A DNA stretch of 64,000 nucleotides, from positions 128,001 to 192,000 of the forward strand of contig CAXXXD010000001.1 of assembly GCA_963663385.2 (NCBI GenBank). Reading direction: 5' to 3'. Under the pieces are notes generated by a model that was not told the origin of the DNA, ran no database searches, and was given only the letters and a program-made list of their open reading frames with translations. How positions within the stretch are numbered: the first letter of the stretch is position 1; each line of letters begins with the position of its first letter. Below are positions 18,796 to 28,672 of this stretch, in pieces. Position numbers and translations under genes: made by a program. The stretch comes from Oceanispirochaeta sp. (lineage in GTDB: Bacteria > Spirochaetota > Spirochaetia > DSM-2461).

Positions 18796-20829
18796 ATGGC
18801 TGACATTTATGAAAAAAATAGCTGTTTGTATTTCAAGAGTAAAGGAGAAACCCTTTTTATCGAACCCTGGAACAATGATTCGTTCAGAATCCGTGCTGTC
18901 CTGGGAGATTCATTCAGGACAGATGAAAAGATCCCGCAGGCTCTATTGGAGAAGCAGGATGAAACGGCACCTGTAATAAGAGTGGAACAGGATTATGGAC
19001 TCATTTCCAATGGAAAGCTGGAAGCCAGGATCTTGCGGAATGTTGATAAGGATGAGAAGTCGGATGATCATAACGGACAGATCGTTTTCACAAACCTGCA
19101 AACCGGTAAGGTAATACTGAAAGAGTATCTCTTCCAGACAAAATTTCATGAGACCTCCCGAGAGCTGTTCCAAAGGGAAGAGGGGCTCTTTGAAATTTCC
19201 CAGAGCTTCAAATCAGACAGGACAGAAAAGTTATACGGCATGGGCCAACATCATAACGGGATGCTGAATCAGAAAGGCTGTATGGTGGAAATGAGACAGA
19301 GGAATCGGGATATCACCGTCCCCTTTGTCGTTTCCAGTTACGGCTATGGTATGCTTTGGAATGTACCCGGTACCGGTCGCTTTACATCGTCCATGGAACA
19401 GACCCGCTGGGAGGCTTATGGCGCCTACCAACTTGACTACTGGGTTACAACAGCGGAAACCCCTGCGGCCATACTAATGAATTATATGAAAGCCACGGGA
19501 ACGCCCGGGAAATTCCCCCATTGGGCAACCGGGTTCTGGCAGTGTAAACTCCGTTATCTTAATCAGGATGAGCTTCTTGACGTAGCCAGGGAGTATAAAA
19601 AGAGGGGCTTACCTATTTCTGTAATTGTCATCGACTATTTTCACTGGTCCGCCCAGGGAGATTGGGATTTTGACAAGGAAGCCTGGCCGGATCCCGATGC
19701 CATGATGAAAGAACTTGAGGAGATGGGGATCAAAGTTATGATTTCCGTATGGCCGACCGTATCCACCTATAGCCGGAATTACAATGAGCTAAATGAAAGA
19801 GGCCTTCTGGTTCGGGGGCGAAGCGGTAATCCGGCATTATTCCCCTTTTACGAAGTAGGAAAAGACGGAGACCAGTGGGTTCACTATTATGATGCCATGA
19901 ATAAGGCGGGTCGGGATTTCATTTGGAAGGAAGTGAAAGAAAATTACTACGACAGGGGCATTGATATTTACTGGCTCGATGCCTGCGAACCGGAGTCAAT
20001 ATATGGGAAAACCGAAGAATTCATGTTTGATAACGGACCGGGCATTGCAGTGGCAAACGTTTATCCCCTCCTGCATGAGCAGGGATTTTACGAGAATATG
20101 AAAGAAGCGGGAACAGAAGAAGTCGTCAATCTCTGCCGTTCTGCATGGGCGGGTAGCCAGCGATATGGCGCTGCAGTTTGGAGCGGGGATATTCCTTCGA
20201 CCTTTGGTTCCTTCCGCCGTCAAATACGTTCCGGCCTGAATATGGTTATGAGCGGTATTCCCTGGTGGACCACCGATATAGGGGGATTTACAGGCGGAGA
20301 GATAGATGATCCCGGTTTTCAGGAACTGATAGCCCGATGGTTTGCCTATGGAGCATTCTGTCCGATTTTCAGGCTCCATGGCGTTCGAAAGTCTGAAAAT
20401 AACGCAATGGGCCTGGGATCCGGAGCCGAAAACGAGGTGTGGAGTTTCGGAGAGGAAAACTATGAAATCCTAACTATGTATATGAAACTGAGAGAAGTGA
20501 TGCGTCCCTACATCCAAAAGCAGTTTGATAAGTGTACTCTCGACGGAACCCCGATTATGCGACCTCTGTTATATGACTTCCCCACTGATGAGAACTGTTG
20601 GGAGGTGGATGATCAGTTCATGTTCGGAGGCGATTATCTGATCGCGCCAATCGACAGGAAAGGAATCCGTGACCGGGAGGTTTACTTGCCTGCCGGTGAA
20701 GATTGGATTAATGCCTGGACCGGGGAGAATTTCAAGGGTGGTCGAAGTTATACTGTACCAGCTCCAATAGCAGAGATTCCCTTCTTTGTCAGAAAGGGAG
20801 CATCAAATCCATTGGAAAACCTGGATTAG
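18796..20829 (+). CDS. Glycoside hydrolase family 31 (alpha-xylosidase-like)
   Basis: GFWQCKLRY, VIVIDYFHW, WLDACEPE (nucleophile), WSGDI, WWTTDIGGF and PIFRLHG. Confidence 0.92.
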   Translation: MADIYEKNSCLYFKSKGETLFIEPWNNDSFRIRAVLGDSFRTDEKIPQALLEKQDETAPVIRVEQDYGLISNGKLEARILRNVDKDEKSDDHNGQIVFTNLQTGKVILKEYLFQTKFHETSRELFQREEGLFEISQSFKSDRTEKLYGMGQHHNGMLNQKGCMVEMRQRNRDITVPFVVSSYGYGMLWNVPGTGRFTSSMEQTRWEAYGAYQLDYWVTTAETPAAILMNYMKATGTPGKFPHWATGFWQCKLRYLNQDELLDVAREYKKRGLPISVIVIDYFHWSAQGDWDFDKEAWPDPDAMMKELEEMGIKVMISVWPTVSTYSRNYNELNERGLLVRGRSGNPALFPFYEVGKDGDQWVHYYDAMNKAGRDFIWKEVKENYYDRGIDIYWLDACEPESIYGKTEEFMFDNGPGIAVANVYPLLHEQGFYENMKEAGTEEVVNLCRSAWAGSQRYGAAVWSGDIPSTFGSFRRQIRSGLNMVMSGIPWWTTDIGGFTGGEIDDPGFQELIARWFAYGAFCPIFRLHGVRKSENNAMGLGSGAENEVWSFGEENYEILTMYMKLREVMRPYIQKQFDKCTLDGTPIMRPLLYDFPTDENCWEVDDQFMFGGDYLIAPIDRKGIRDREVYLPAGEDWINAWTGENFKGGRSYTVPAPIAEIPFFVRKGASNPLENLD

Positions 20830-20855
20830 GAGTAATAATTTAGATTCTTAAAATC

Positions 20856-20899
20856 TACCCCCTCGGTACTCATGGTACTTATGCTTACTGGGGGGGTAA
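20856..20899. terminator. Probable bidirectional terminator between the convergent GH31 and permease genes
   Basis: TACCCCCTCGGTA...TACTGGGGGGGTA imperfect inverted repeat with AT-rich flanks. Confidence 0.5.
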
Positions 20900-20923
20900 T
20901 TTATACCCTCTTACAGGTTAGAG

Positions 20924-21019
20924 AAATCCCTACTTAATCGACCCCGCAACCATCCCCTTGATAATATGCTTCTGCGCCGAAAGAAAGAAAATAATAATCG
21001 GGATCATGGCCATCAGAAT
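20924..21019. repeat. Direct repeat copy 2 (96 bp), the actual 3' end of the permease gene
   Basis: 95/96 identical to 12819-12914. Confidence 0.95.
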
Positions 21020-21787
21020 GGCTGTCAGGATCATATCCCACTGCTTGACGAAGGCTCCCGCAAAGTTGGCAACCGCCAGAGGAACGGTCTGTATCCTGTT
21101 CCCCTTTCCCAGAACCAGCAGAGGCAGGAGGTAGTCGTTCCAGATCCAGATCCCGTTTAAAACCAGCACGGTGGCATGAATCGGTTTCAGGATGGGAGAA
21201 ATGATCACATAGAAAGTTTTCATCCGGCTGCAGCCGTCTATCCTGGCCGCCTCTTCCAGCTCAAAAGGGATGCTCTTGATAAACCCGTGATACAGAAAAA
21301 CCGACAGGGACGATCCGAATCCCACATACGCCAGAATCATCCCGGGGTAGGTTCTCAGGAGCTTGATCCCCGTAACCTGATAGATTGTTTTAAACCAGGA
21401 CAGAAGAGGGAACATGACAATCTGAAAGGGGATAACCATGGCTGCCACAAAGATATAGAAAATAACCTGGGAGGTTTTCGTCTTTGTCCGGACCAGAACC
21501 CAGGCAGCCTGAGAGGAGAGCCCGATAATACACAACAGGGAGACCACGGTAATAATAATGGACGCCTTAAAGGAGCTGGGATACTGAATATTCGGATTAG
21601 TCCAGATGGAAACCATATTCTTTCCGATCATAGACCAGTTTTCCGGCAGACTCATGGGAGACTGGGTAATTTCGAAGGAACTCTTTGCCGCATTAATCAG
21701 CACAATCAGAAAAGGAAAGAGAAAGACCAGAAAAAGAAGAGCTGTCAGGATTTCCAGTCCAAGGGGGTGTCTTGCTTTATTCTTCAT
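20930..21787 (-). CDS. Carbohydrate ABC permease (MalG-like)
   Basis: ELEEAARIDGCS, WIWNDYLLP and IIKGMVAGSIK. Confidence 0.93.
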   Translation of the reverse strand: MKNKARHPLGLEILTALLFLVFLFPFLIVLINAAKSSFEITQSPMSLPENWSMIGKNMVSIWTNPNIQYPSSFKASIIITVVSLLCIIGLSSQAAWVLVRTKTKTSQVIFYIFVAAMVIPFQIVMFPLLSWFKTIYQVTGIKLLRTYPGMILAYVGFGSSLSVFLYHGFIKSIPFELEEAARIDGCSRMKTFYVIISPILKPIHATVLVLNGIWIWNDYLLPLLVLGKGNRIQTVPLAVANFAGAFVKQWDMILTAILMAMIPIIIFFLSAQKHIIKGMVAGSIK

Positions 21788-22707
21788 TACATTTCCACCT
21801 CTTTCTTTTTATTAATGGAGACCTGAATCAATGAGATGACAATCAGAACAAGAAAGAAAATCACAGCCTGGGCCTGGGCCATGGCCATCTTCAGCGATAC
21901 AAAAGCCGTGTTATAGATATTGAGGGCCAGCAGCTCCGTTCCAAAAAGGGGTTTGCCCATAAACATACTGGACGGCCCCCCCGCTGTAAGGGAGACATTC
22001 ACATCAAACTGCTTAAAGGACTGCACCAGAGTAAGGAACATGGTAATAGTAAAGGCCTGGGCAATCATGGGAATGGTAATATTCCTGATCCGCTCCCACA
22101 GATTGGCTCCGTCGATGCGGGCGGCTTCGTTCAGTTCGGCAGGAACACTTTCCAGAGCAGCCACATAGATCATCATGATATAACCGGCGTACTGCCAGGT
22201 TCCAACGACAATAAGGGCGATTATGGCGGAATTCCTGTTTCCCAGAATCAGGTTATCAGGCAGAGCCCAGGAAGCTAACGCCGGAATGGCCTGCCCCAGA
22301 GCCGGTATGGCGTTATTAAAAATGAACTGCCAGATATATCCCAGAATCAAACCGCCAATCAGATTGGGTATAAAAAAACCCACCCTGTAGAGATTCCGGT
22401 ATTTCAGCTTGCTCGTTACAAGAACAGCCAGGATAAAAGCGGTCATATTGATCGCTATCATATTCAATATGGTATAGATAATAGTCAGTATGAATGAATA
22501 GATGAAGGAGGGATCCTTCAGACTGTCTGAAAAATTCTGAAATCCCACGAACTGCAGGGTTGCGCCTGCCCTTGCGGAGGAACTCCAGTTGGTAAAGGAG
22601 TAGAAGGCACCTATAAAAAAAGGGATTACAATTACCATTAAAAAGGCAAAAAGGATCGGTGCGAGAAAGAGCCAGAAGACAAATTGATTTTCTCTTTTAT
22701 CTGTCAT
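21787..22707 (-). CDS. Carbohydrate ABC permease (MalF-like)
   Basis: ELNEAARIDGAN and LTAGGP. Confidence 0.93.
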   Translation of the reverse strand: MTDKRENQFVFWLFLAPILFAFLMVIVIPFFIGAFYSFTNWSSSARAGATLQFVGFQNFSDSLKDPSFIYSFILTIIYTILNMIAINMTAFILAVLVTSKLKYRNLYRVGFFIPNLIGGLILGYIWQFIFNNAIPALGQAIPALASWALPDNLILGNRNSAIIALIVVGTWQYAGYIMMIYVAALESVPAELNEAARIDGANLWERIRNITIPMIAQAFTITMFLTLVQSFKQFDVNVSLTAGGPSSMFMGKPLFGTELLALNIYNTAFVSLKMAMAQAQAVIFFLVLIVISLIQVSINKKKEVEM

Positions 22708-22802
22708 GTTTTTTTCCTGAATAAAAAATGGAAGAAAAGGGCGTGCTCCTGTCCCGGGAAGGAGAGAAGCCGCCCTGTCACATCAGGCAAGTCCCGCAGG
22801 GG

Positions 22803-24059
22803 TTACCTTTCCATAAAAGCTTTGGTCATCAGGTCGATATATTCGGCCTTTGAGATATTTCCATTGGCGAACTGATTATAGATAGGCGCCAGAGTCTTGT
22901 CCCTGAACTCTCCTGAGAAGTAGTACTGACTCCAGGAGTAAACCTTACCTGCCGCAGACCATTCCTGAACAGACTTGGAAAGCTGACCGGCAGGGCTCAG
23001 TTTAACATTGGCAAAAGCGGGAATCATTCCGGCTTCGTTAACCATAAAGTTCTGTCCCGCATCGGTAGATACCAGGTCGTTCAGAAACTGTTTGGCCGTT
23101 TCCACATTTTCAGATTCGCTGTTAATAACGTAGAATGAAGGGGCTGCTACAAAAATTCCGTCTGTTGCGGAATGCATGGAACCATGGGGAGCAAAACCCA
23201 TTTTAAAAGTAGCATTGGCCTGGGCCATATTGGGATCGGTCCAGTTACCCTGGTGGAGGAATACGGCTTTTCCTGCGGCAAAAGCGCCTACCTGGGCATC
23301 ATAGTTGCCGGTTGTCAGAACGGATTTGTCCGCATAGTTAAAAAGCAGCTCTACCCAGTCGGCATATTCAGAAAGCCGTTTGGCATCTACCTTTTTAGCC
23401 AGCAGATCATTAACAACAGACAGGTCTCCATAAGCCAGGCCGTTTGAAAGAAGAGAGTTAAAATTATGGTGTGCTGTAACCCAGCCCATCTCGGGTCCGG
23501 CAGCCATGGAAACAACAGAATTCACACCAAGCTCGGCTTTCATGGAATCCAGCTTTTCAAAAGCCGCTTTGTAGGCATTGTAGTTATTAAGGCTAGCGGG
23601 ATCAATTCCGGCCCTGGCCAGCATGTCCGCATTGTAAGCCATTCCCCAGCCTTCTACAGCCACAGGCTGTCCGTAAACTTTACCATCTACCTTAAACGCA
23701 ACAGAGGTTTCCTTAACCCAGGGTTCATCGGACAGATCCAGAATCAGCCCTTCCCATTCTTTATAGTCTTCCAGACCGGCAATAATAAAGATATCGGGCA
23801 TATCTCCTGCGGCATAATCCGCATTGAGCTGCTGTCCCAGGGTGATGGAACTGCTTCCGCCGACAGATTTAATTGTCACTTTATTCCCTGTTGCTTCCGA
23901 CCAGACGGCACCATATGCCTTCAGCTGGCCGTCGATTTCGGGTTTATTCTGCATAAGAGTTACAGAACCGGCTTTTCCTGCGGCTCCCTCCTGAGCACCG
24001 CCGGCAAACGCTGCACCGGCAACCAGAAGGGCAAGAAGAACTGCAATAATTCTTTTCAT
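22803..24059 (-). CDS. CUT1 sugar ABC substrate-binding protein (MsmE/raffinose-like)
   Basis: Signal ending AFAGG; QNKPE, PDIF, YGQPVAVEG and HQGNW. Confidence 0.9.
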   Translation of the reverse strand: MKRIIAVLLALLVAGAAFAGGAQEGAAGKAGSVTLMQNKPEIDGQLKAYGAVWSEATGNKVTIKSVGGSSSITLGQQLNADYAAGDMPDIFIIAGLEDYKEWEGLILDLSDEPWVKETSVAFKVDGKVYGQPVAVEGWGMAYNADMLARAGIDPASLNNYNAYKAAFEKLDSMKAELGVNSVVSMAAGPEMGWVTAHHNFNSLLSNGLAYGDLSVVNDLLAKKVDAKRLSEYADWVELLFNYADKSVLTTGNYDAQVGAFAAGKAVFLHQGNWTDPNMAQANATFKMGFAPHGSMHSATDGIFVAAPSFYVINSESENVETAKQFLNDLVSTDAGQNFMVNEAGMIPAFANVKLSPAGQLSKSVQEWSAAGKVYSWSQYYFSGEFRDKTLAPIYNQFANGNISKAEYIDLMTKAFMER

Positions 24060-24090
24060 TTATTTTCCTCCATAGAATCGATGGAAAACT

Positions 24091-24104
24091 TGGTAACGTT
24101 TCCA
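24091..24104. promoter_or_regulatory. LacI-type operator upstream of the SBP gene
   Basis: TGGTAACGTTTCCA, a near-palindrome with a central CG, just downstream of the predicted promoter. Confidence 0.7.
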
Positions 24105-24113
24105 TTTACTAGT

Positions 24114-24143
24114 ATTATTGAAGCTGAACCACAGAATTGTCAA
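24114..24143 (-). promoter_or_regulatory. Sigma70 promoter of the ABC operon
   Basis: Minus strand TTGACA-18 nt-AATAAT. Confidence 0.55.
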
Positions 24144-24265
24144 GCTGTTTTTTTGTTATTCCAACTCGCCTGATGGAATGATTCCAACTCACTCATGAAA
24201 TTTTAATGAATAAATGATTGCTTTTCCATCTTTTTTCCACAAACAGAATATTTGTGTCCGGCCGA

Positions 24266-25237
24266 TCAGCTGTTACGGTCGACAAGCTCGGGTTCAAGAG
24301 TTTTCTGAATAAGGTCTCCCTTCCCGGGCTGTTCTGTACGCTTTATCAATTCAATGATGACTTCTGCGGCTACAGTCCCAAGTACTTTTGAAGACTGACG
24401 AATTGTGCTCAGCTTCATATAGCGGGAGGGAAAGATATCGTCATACCCTATTATGGAGATATCCCGTCCGGATTCCATCCTTGCCTGAATACCGCCGTAT
24501 GCCATGGTATCGGAAAAATAGAAAATTCCGTCCAGCTCGGGATCATTGAGCAGAGTCCGGCTTATCTCATAGGAATCTTCTATGGAATTGATGCAGAGTT
24601 CAGACAGCTGAATCTCCCGGTCCTCTCCGATCCTTTCACGGAACCCCCTGAACCTGTCCAGCTGCTGCTGGGACCGATCGGTTATCCCCATCATCATTAT
24701 TTTCTTACATGAACGGGAAATAAGATAGTCCGCCGCCAGATAGCTGCCTGTTCTGCTGTTAAAGGTTACATAATTTGCCGTATCGTCATGATAGTCTACA
24801 TACAGAAAAGGAACGTGGTGGGCATTGAGAATATCCTGCTCCGCTTCTGTAAGCGGAGGGTCTCCCAGCGTCAGTACTCCGGCCAGTCTCTGTTCAATAA
24901 TATGGTGCATAACACTGTCCTGTCCGTAGTCGGTGTTGAAGATCATTATATTCACGTGATCCTCTTTCAGCCGGCTGTGGATAGACTTGATCAGTTCGAA
25001 GAAAAACTGGTTTTCTACAACAGGCAGAAGTAGACCGACCGTGGCGACTGAGCTGGACCGCCGCACCAGCATACGGGCAGCGCCGTTGGGAACATAGTTA
25101 AGTTCCCGTGCCGCTTCAAGAACTTTTTCACGGGTACTCTCTTTTACATTCACACTATTGTTCAGAACTCTTGAAACTGTTCCAAGACCGACACCAGCCC
25201 GCGCGGCCACTTCTTTTATAGTGACTTTTGTTTTCAT
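24266..25237 (-). CDS. LacI-family transcriptional regulator
   Basis: VTIKEVAARAGVGLGTVSRVLN; IIGYDD; LSTIRQ. Confidence 0.93.
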   Translation of the reverse strand: MKTKVTIKEVAARAGVGLGTVSRVLNNSVNVKESTREKVLEAARELNYVPNGAARMLVRRSSSVATVGLLLPVVENQFFFELIKSIHSRLKEDHVNIMIFNTDYGQDSVMHHIIEQRLAGVLTLGDPPLTEAEQDILNAHHVPFLYVDYHDDTANYVTFNSRTGSYLAADYLISRSCKKIMMMGITDRSQQQLDRFRGFRERIGEDREIQLSELCINSIEDSYEISRTLLNDPELDGIFYFSDTMAYGGIQARMESGRDISIIGYDDIFPSRYMKLSTIRQSSKVLGTVAAEVIIELIKRTEQPGKGDLIQKTLEPELVDRNS

Positions 25238-25292
25238 TACCGTTCCTGTTTTTCCCTATTCCTATATTATGTGCCTATTATAGCACACAAAT

Positions 25293-25306
25293 AGATAACG
25301 TTTCCA
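25293..25306. promoter_or_regulatory. Second copy of the LacI-type operator (autoregulation of the lacI gene)
   Basis: AGATAACGTTTCCA shares TAACGTTTCCATTT with the site at 24091. Confidence 0.6.
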
Positions 25307-25459
25307 TTTTTTATCTCAAATCGAGAAATCCATAGGATTTTCGTATCATGATACAGAAGTTTTTCTTTCTTGATAATCACAAAAGAAAATCCTTTTTTGG
25401 ACTTTTATCCAAGGTCATTGTAAAATTCTAACCAGAGGATTCTTATCCGGGAGGAAAAT

Positions 25460-25822
25460 ATGGACTTCAGAAGCATATGTAAAATTGTTTCAACAGATCA
25501 GATTCCAACGGTAACCCTTGAAGAGGGGGTCCGGGTCAAAGTCATTTCCGGTCATCTGGCCAATATCAGAGGCCCCATGGATGAGGACTCCACCCATACA
25601 GAATACCTCGAAGTCTCACTCCCCCCGGAAGCAGAGTGGCAACATCGGATCCCCGCGGACCATACGGCCTTTCTTCATGTTGTAGAGGGGACTGTCATTA
25701 CGGGAGGAGAAAAACTGATTGAGCAGCAGCTTGGTTTATACAGAGAGGGGGATCATGTGGAGTTTAAAAGCGGTTCAAAAGGAGCCCGCTTCCTTCTGAT
25801 CAGCAGCAGATCTACCAATTAA
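25460..25822 (+). CDS. Stand-alone pirin C-terminal-like cupin protein
   Basis: IPTV..VRVKVISG..GP..YLEVSL..HTAFLHVVEG..GARFLLIS resembles the second half of pirins; GGAGG RBS upstream. Confidence 0.65.
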   Translation: MDFRSICKIVSTDQIPTVTLEEGVRVKVISGHLANIRGPMDEDSTHTEYLEVSLPPEAEWQHRIPADHTAFLHVVEGTVITGGEKLIEQQLGLYREGDHVEFKSGSKGARFLLISSRSTN

Positions 25823-25848
25823 AGAGCATCTCAGGGTAAAATACATTA

Positions 25849-27609
25849 ATGAAATTCCGAAAACGCATCCTGTTAATCTACATCTCAATCATTACCGTTT
25901 TTCTTGTAAGCGCGATTTCCATCAGCGGGTCCTACCTGCTTAACATCAGAATAAGACAGATTGAAGCGGAACAGAAAAGAAGCATTCACCTCCTGGAAAA
26001 GACAATAACAGCCTTTCTTCAGGAAGTTGCATACGACCTACAGACAATCAGCCAGAATCCGGCAGTCCAATACCCGGACGCCTCCCGGTTCACCTCTTTT
26101 ATCGGTATCGATGAAGAATCGTTTCAATACAGCTACAGCCCGGAAGAGCTGACAATCATAGAGGTATTCAACCGGTACAGGGAAAACCACCCCCATGTCA
26201 ACTCTGTTTACATGGGTCGCTCGAACGGCTCCTTTGTCCGTTCTCACCCGAGAAGCCGCAATACCCCCTACGATCCGCGGGTACGGCCCTGGTACAAAGC
26301 CGGAGAGTCTGCCCCCGACAGGGTAGTGAGAACAGATGCCTACCCGTCTGTAACAAGCACCGATCTTAATATCGGAACCGTAAAAGGCATGGTGAAAAAT
26401 AATGAGGTCTATGGCGTTATCGGAATAGATGTGACTCTGCAGAACCTGAACGATTTTCTGGATGAGATCTATCTGGGCAATGAGTACGAATCGGAGATTA
26501 TTATATTTGATGGAAACAGCAACATCATAGCCTCAAAGGAGGACCGGTTTCTTAACAATGATTTTGGAAACATTTTCCCCGACATCTACAATTCGATTGA
26601 AGCAGGAAACACTGATGCGATATATACCAGTGAGACTGAGGAATCATCCTACTACTTTATCCGTTCGGAATTCCTGAACTGGTATATTGGTGTTATTACC
26701 CCCCTTAACGAAATCCGTAATCTTACCCGCACCGGAATTTTTAAAATTATGATATGGGAATTGCTGACCATTATGTTAATGGGGTTTATAATTGCTTTTC
26801 TCTCTGACACATATTTAATAAAACGGATTCAGAAACTCCATGACGATGTGATCGCCATGGGGAGTACAAGCCCGGTAATCAAAACAGGTTCAAAAAAGAA
26901 TGAAGATGAAATAACCCTGCTGAGAAACAGCTTTTATCTTTTATTCCGCAACTGGAAAGAATCGGTAAGAATCCTGAAGGAGAACCAGTCCGGAACCATC
27001 TACTGCCTCGGCAACCTTGCAGAGACAAGGGATCCCGAAACAAGCAGTCACATTCTGAGAACACAGCAGTATGTCCGACTGGTTGCCGAATACCTCAGTC
27101 ATAAACCGGAATACAGAAATGTCCTGGACAATGAAATGGTTGAAACCCTTTTTCTGGTCGCCCCTCTTCATGATATCGGCAAAGTCGGGATACAGGACAG
27201 AATACTTCTTAAGCCCGGGAAACTGACGGATGAGGAGTTTTCCGAGATGAAAAAACACACAGTCCTTGGGTATAACGCTCTATCCAACGTAGTTACCGAA
27301 AACAGAAAAAACAATTTCTTTTCAATTGCAGCCGAACTGGCTCTGACCCATCACGAAAGATGGGATGGGACCGGATATCCGTCGGGTCTTGCCGGAAAGG
27401 CGATCCCCCTCAGCGGAAGGATTATGGCCCTGGCCGATATCTATGATGCTCTGACATCCGACAGGGTATACAAAGAAGCTTTTACTCATGAAAAGACGAG
27501 ACAGATCATTCTGCAGGAAAAGGAGCGTCAACTGGACCCGGAAATAGTCGACGCCTTCCTCGCCCTGGAAGGAGAGTTTCAGAAAATTCATAAGACCTAT
27601 AAGGAATAA
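25849..27609 (+). CDS. Membrane Cache-domain HD-GYP phosphodiesterase (c-di-GMP turnover)
   Basis: Two TM segments; Cache motif YDPRVRPWY; ETRDPETSSH, LHDIGKVGI, HHERWDGTGYP and ADIYDALTSDRVYK. Confidence 0.9.
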   Translation: MKFRKRILLIYISIITVFLVSAISISGSYLLNIRIRQIEAEQKRSIHLLEKTITAFLQEVAYDLQTISQNPAVQYPDASRFTSFIGIDEESFQYSYSPEELTIIEVFNRYRENHPHVNSVYMGRSNGSFVRSHPRSRNTPYDPRVRPWYKAGESAPDRVVRTDAYPSVTSTDLNIGTVKGMVKNNEVYGVIGIDVTLQNLNDFLDEIYLGNEYESEIIIFDGNSNIIASKEDRFLNNDFGNIFPDIYNSIEAGNTDAIYTSETEESSYYFIRSEFLNWYIGVITPLNEIRNLTRTGIFKIMIWELLTIMLMGFIIAFLSDTYLIKRIQKLHDDVIAMGSTSPVIKTGSKKNEDEITLLRNSFYLLFRNWKESVRILKENQSGTIYCLGNLAETRDPETSSHILRTQQYVRLVAEYLSHKPEYRNVLDNEMVETLFLVAPLHDIGKVGIQDRILLKPGKLTDEEFSEMKKHTVLGYNALSNVVTENRKNNFFSIAAELALTHHERWDGTGYPSGLAGKAIPLSGRIMALADIYDALTSDRVYKEAFTHEKTRQIILQEKERQLDPEIVDAFLALEGEFQKIHKTYKE

Positions 27610-27656
27610 TCAGTTCTTTCCATCCATGAATGAATAACGTCCCTAAGGTGGTGCCA

Positions 27657-28535
27657 ATGTATCGAAAGAAAAACTATCCCCCCTTCCTTGCCTCAGAATT
27701 CCCTACAGGGAACGATCTGTCTCTTTTTCATATTATCCCCGTACCAGTAGGCGAAGGGACCTTCCGGACAGAGAGAGGTCCCTCCGCCATACTGAAGGAG
27801 AGTCAGAAACTGGAGGTTCTGGAGGGGAACAGAATCCCCGCTGAAGCAGGGATTCTGACACACCCTCCGGTCCTTCCGGGGGGACGGATAGAAGATATCC
27901 TGAACCGCGTAGCCGATCAGGTGGAGAACGTATTCAACGAGGAGCGGATCCCCGTACTGCTGGGAGGAGAACACACCGTCAGCACGGCTGCCTTTCTGGC
28001 CATTCTCAGACAGATAGAAAAGGGCTCCGTCAATGTCGGGATTGTCCATATGGGAGCCCATGCTGACCTGAAGGAAAATGAAAACGGGTCCATCTACAGC
28101 CCCGGCTCGGTTATGAAAAGAGCCCTTGACATGGGTTTTCCCGTCTATCAGATGGGAGTAAGAGCAATATCTCCCGGAGAGGCCGATCTGAGAAAGGAGA
28201 GGAATATTCCCTACAGGGATGCAAATGAACTCTGTTCCGGATCAGGTGTCAAAGAGATCACCCTTTCCCCGGATTTTCCCGAATATATCTACCTGGCCAT
28301 TGATGTAAGCGGATTGGATCCTTCGGTTATCCCCGGAGCAGCAAGACCGGAGCCGGGCGGTTTAAAGTGGTATCAGACTCTGAACCTGGTAGAATCTCTT
28401 GCCGAACGATACCGGATTATCGGATTTGATATAACGGGAACAGCCCCTGCCGGGAAAGACAGGATCAGCGCCTATACAGCGGCACGCCTGGCATACAGGA
28501 TTATGGGATCCATATACGCTCATATGACAGAATAG
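27657..28535 (+). CDS. Agmatinase/ureohydrolase-family protein with degenerate metal ligands
   Basis: GPSAIL, LGGEHTVS, HMGAHADL, AIDVSGLDPS and PEPGGL. Start ATG 27657 (ORF track 27630). Confidence 0.85.
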   Translation: MYRKKNYPPFLASEFPTGNDLSLFHIIPVPVGEGTFRTERGPSAILKESQKLEVLEGNRIPAEAGILTHPPVLPGGRIEDILNRVADQVENVFNEERIPVLLGGEHTVSTAAFLAILRQIEKGSVNVGIVHMGAHADLKENENGSIYSPGSVMKRALDMGFPVYQMGVRAISPGEADLRKERNIPYRDANELCSGSGVKEITLSPDFPEYIYLAIDVSGLDPSVIPGAARPEPGGLKWYQTLNLVESLAERYRIIGFDITGTAPAGKDRISAYTAARLAYRIMGSIYAHMTE

Positions 28536-28672
28536 ACAGAAATAAATACAACTGGATTCCCAAACGATTTGAGACAGAGGAGCCAATCATTGACTCGCAA
28601 TATAAAAGTTCATATGGTAATGACAGAAAAAGACCGGATAAGATCTGAAATGCAAAGGGAGTATTAAATCCT

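Noticed and set aside
12915..20923. Calling the repeat-flanked cassette an autonomous mobile element
   Set aside because: It contains no integrase, transposase, relaxase or phage gene, so it is reported only as a repeat-bounded cassette.
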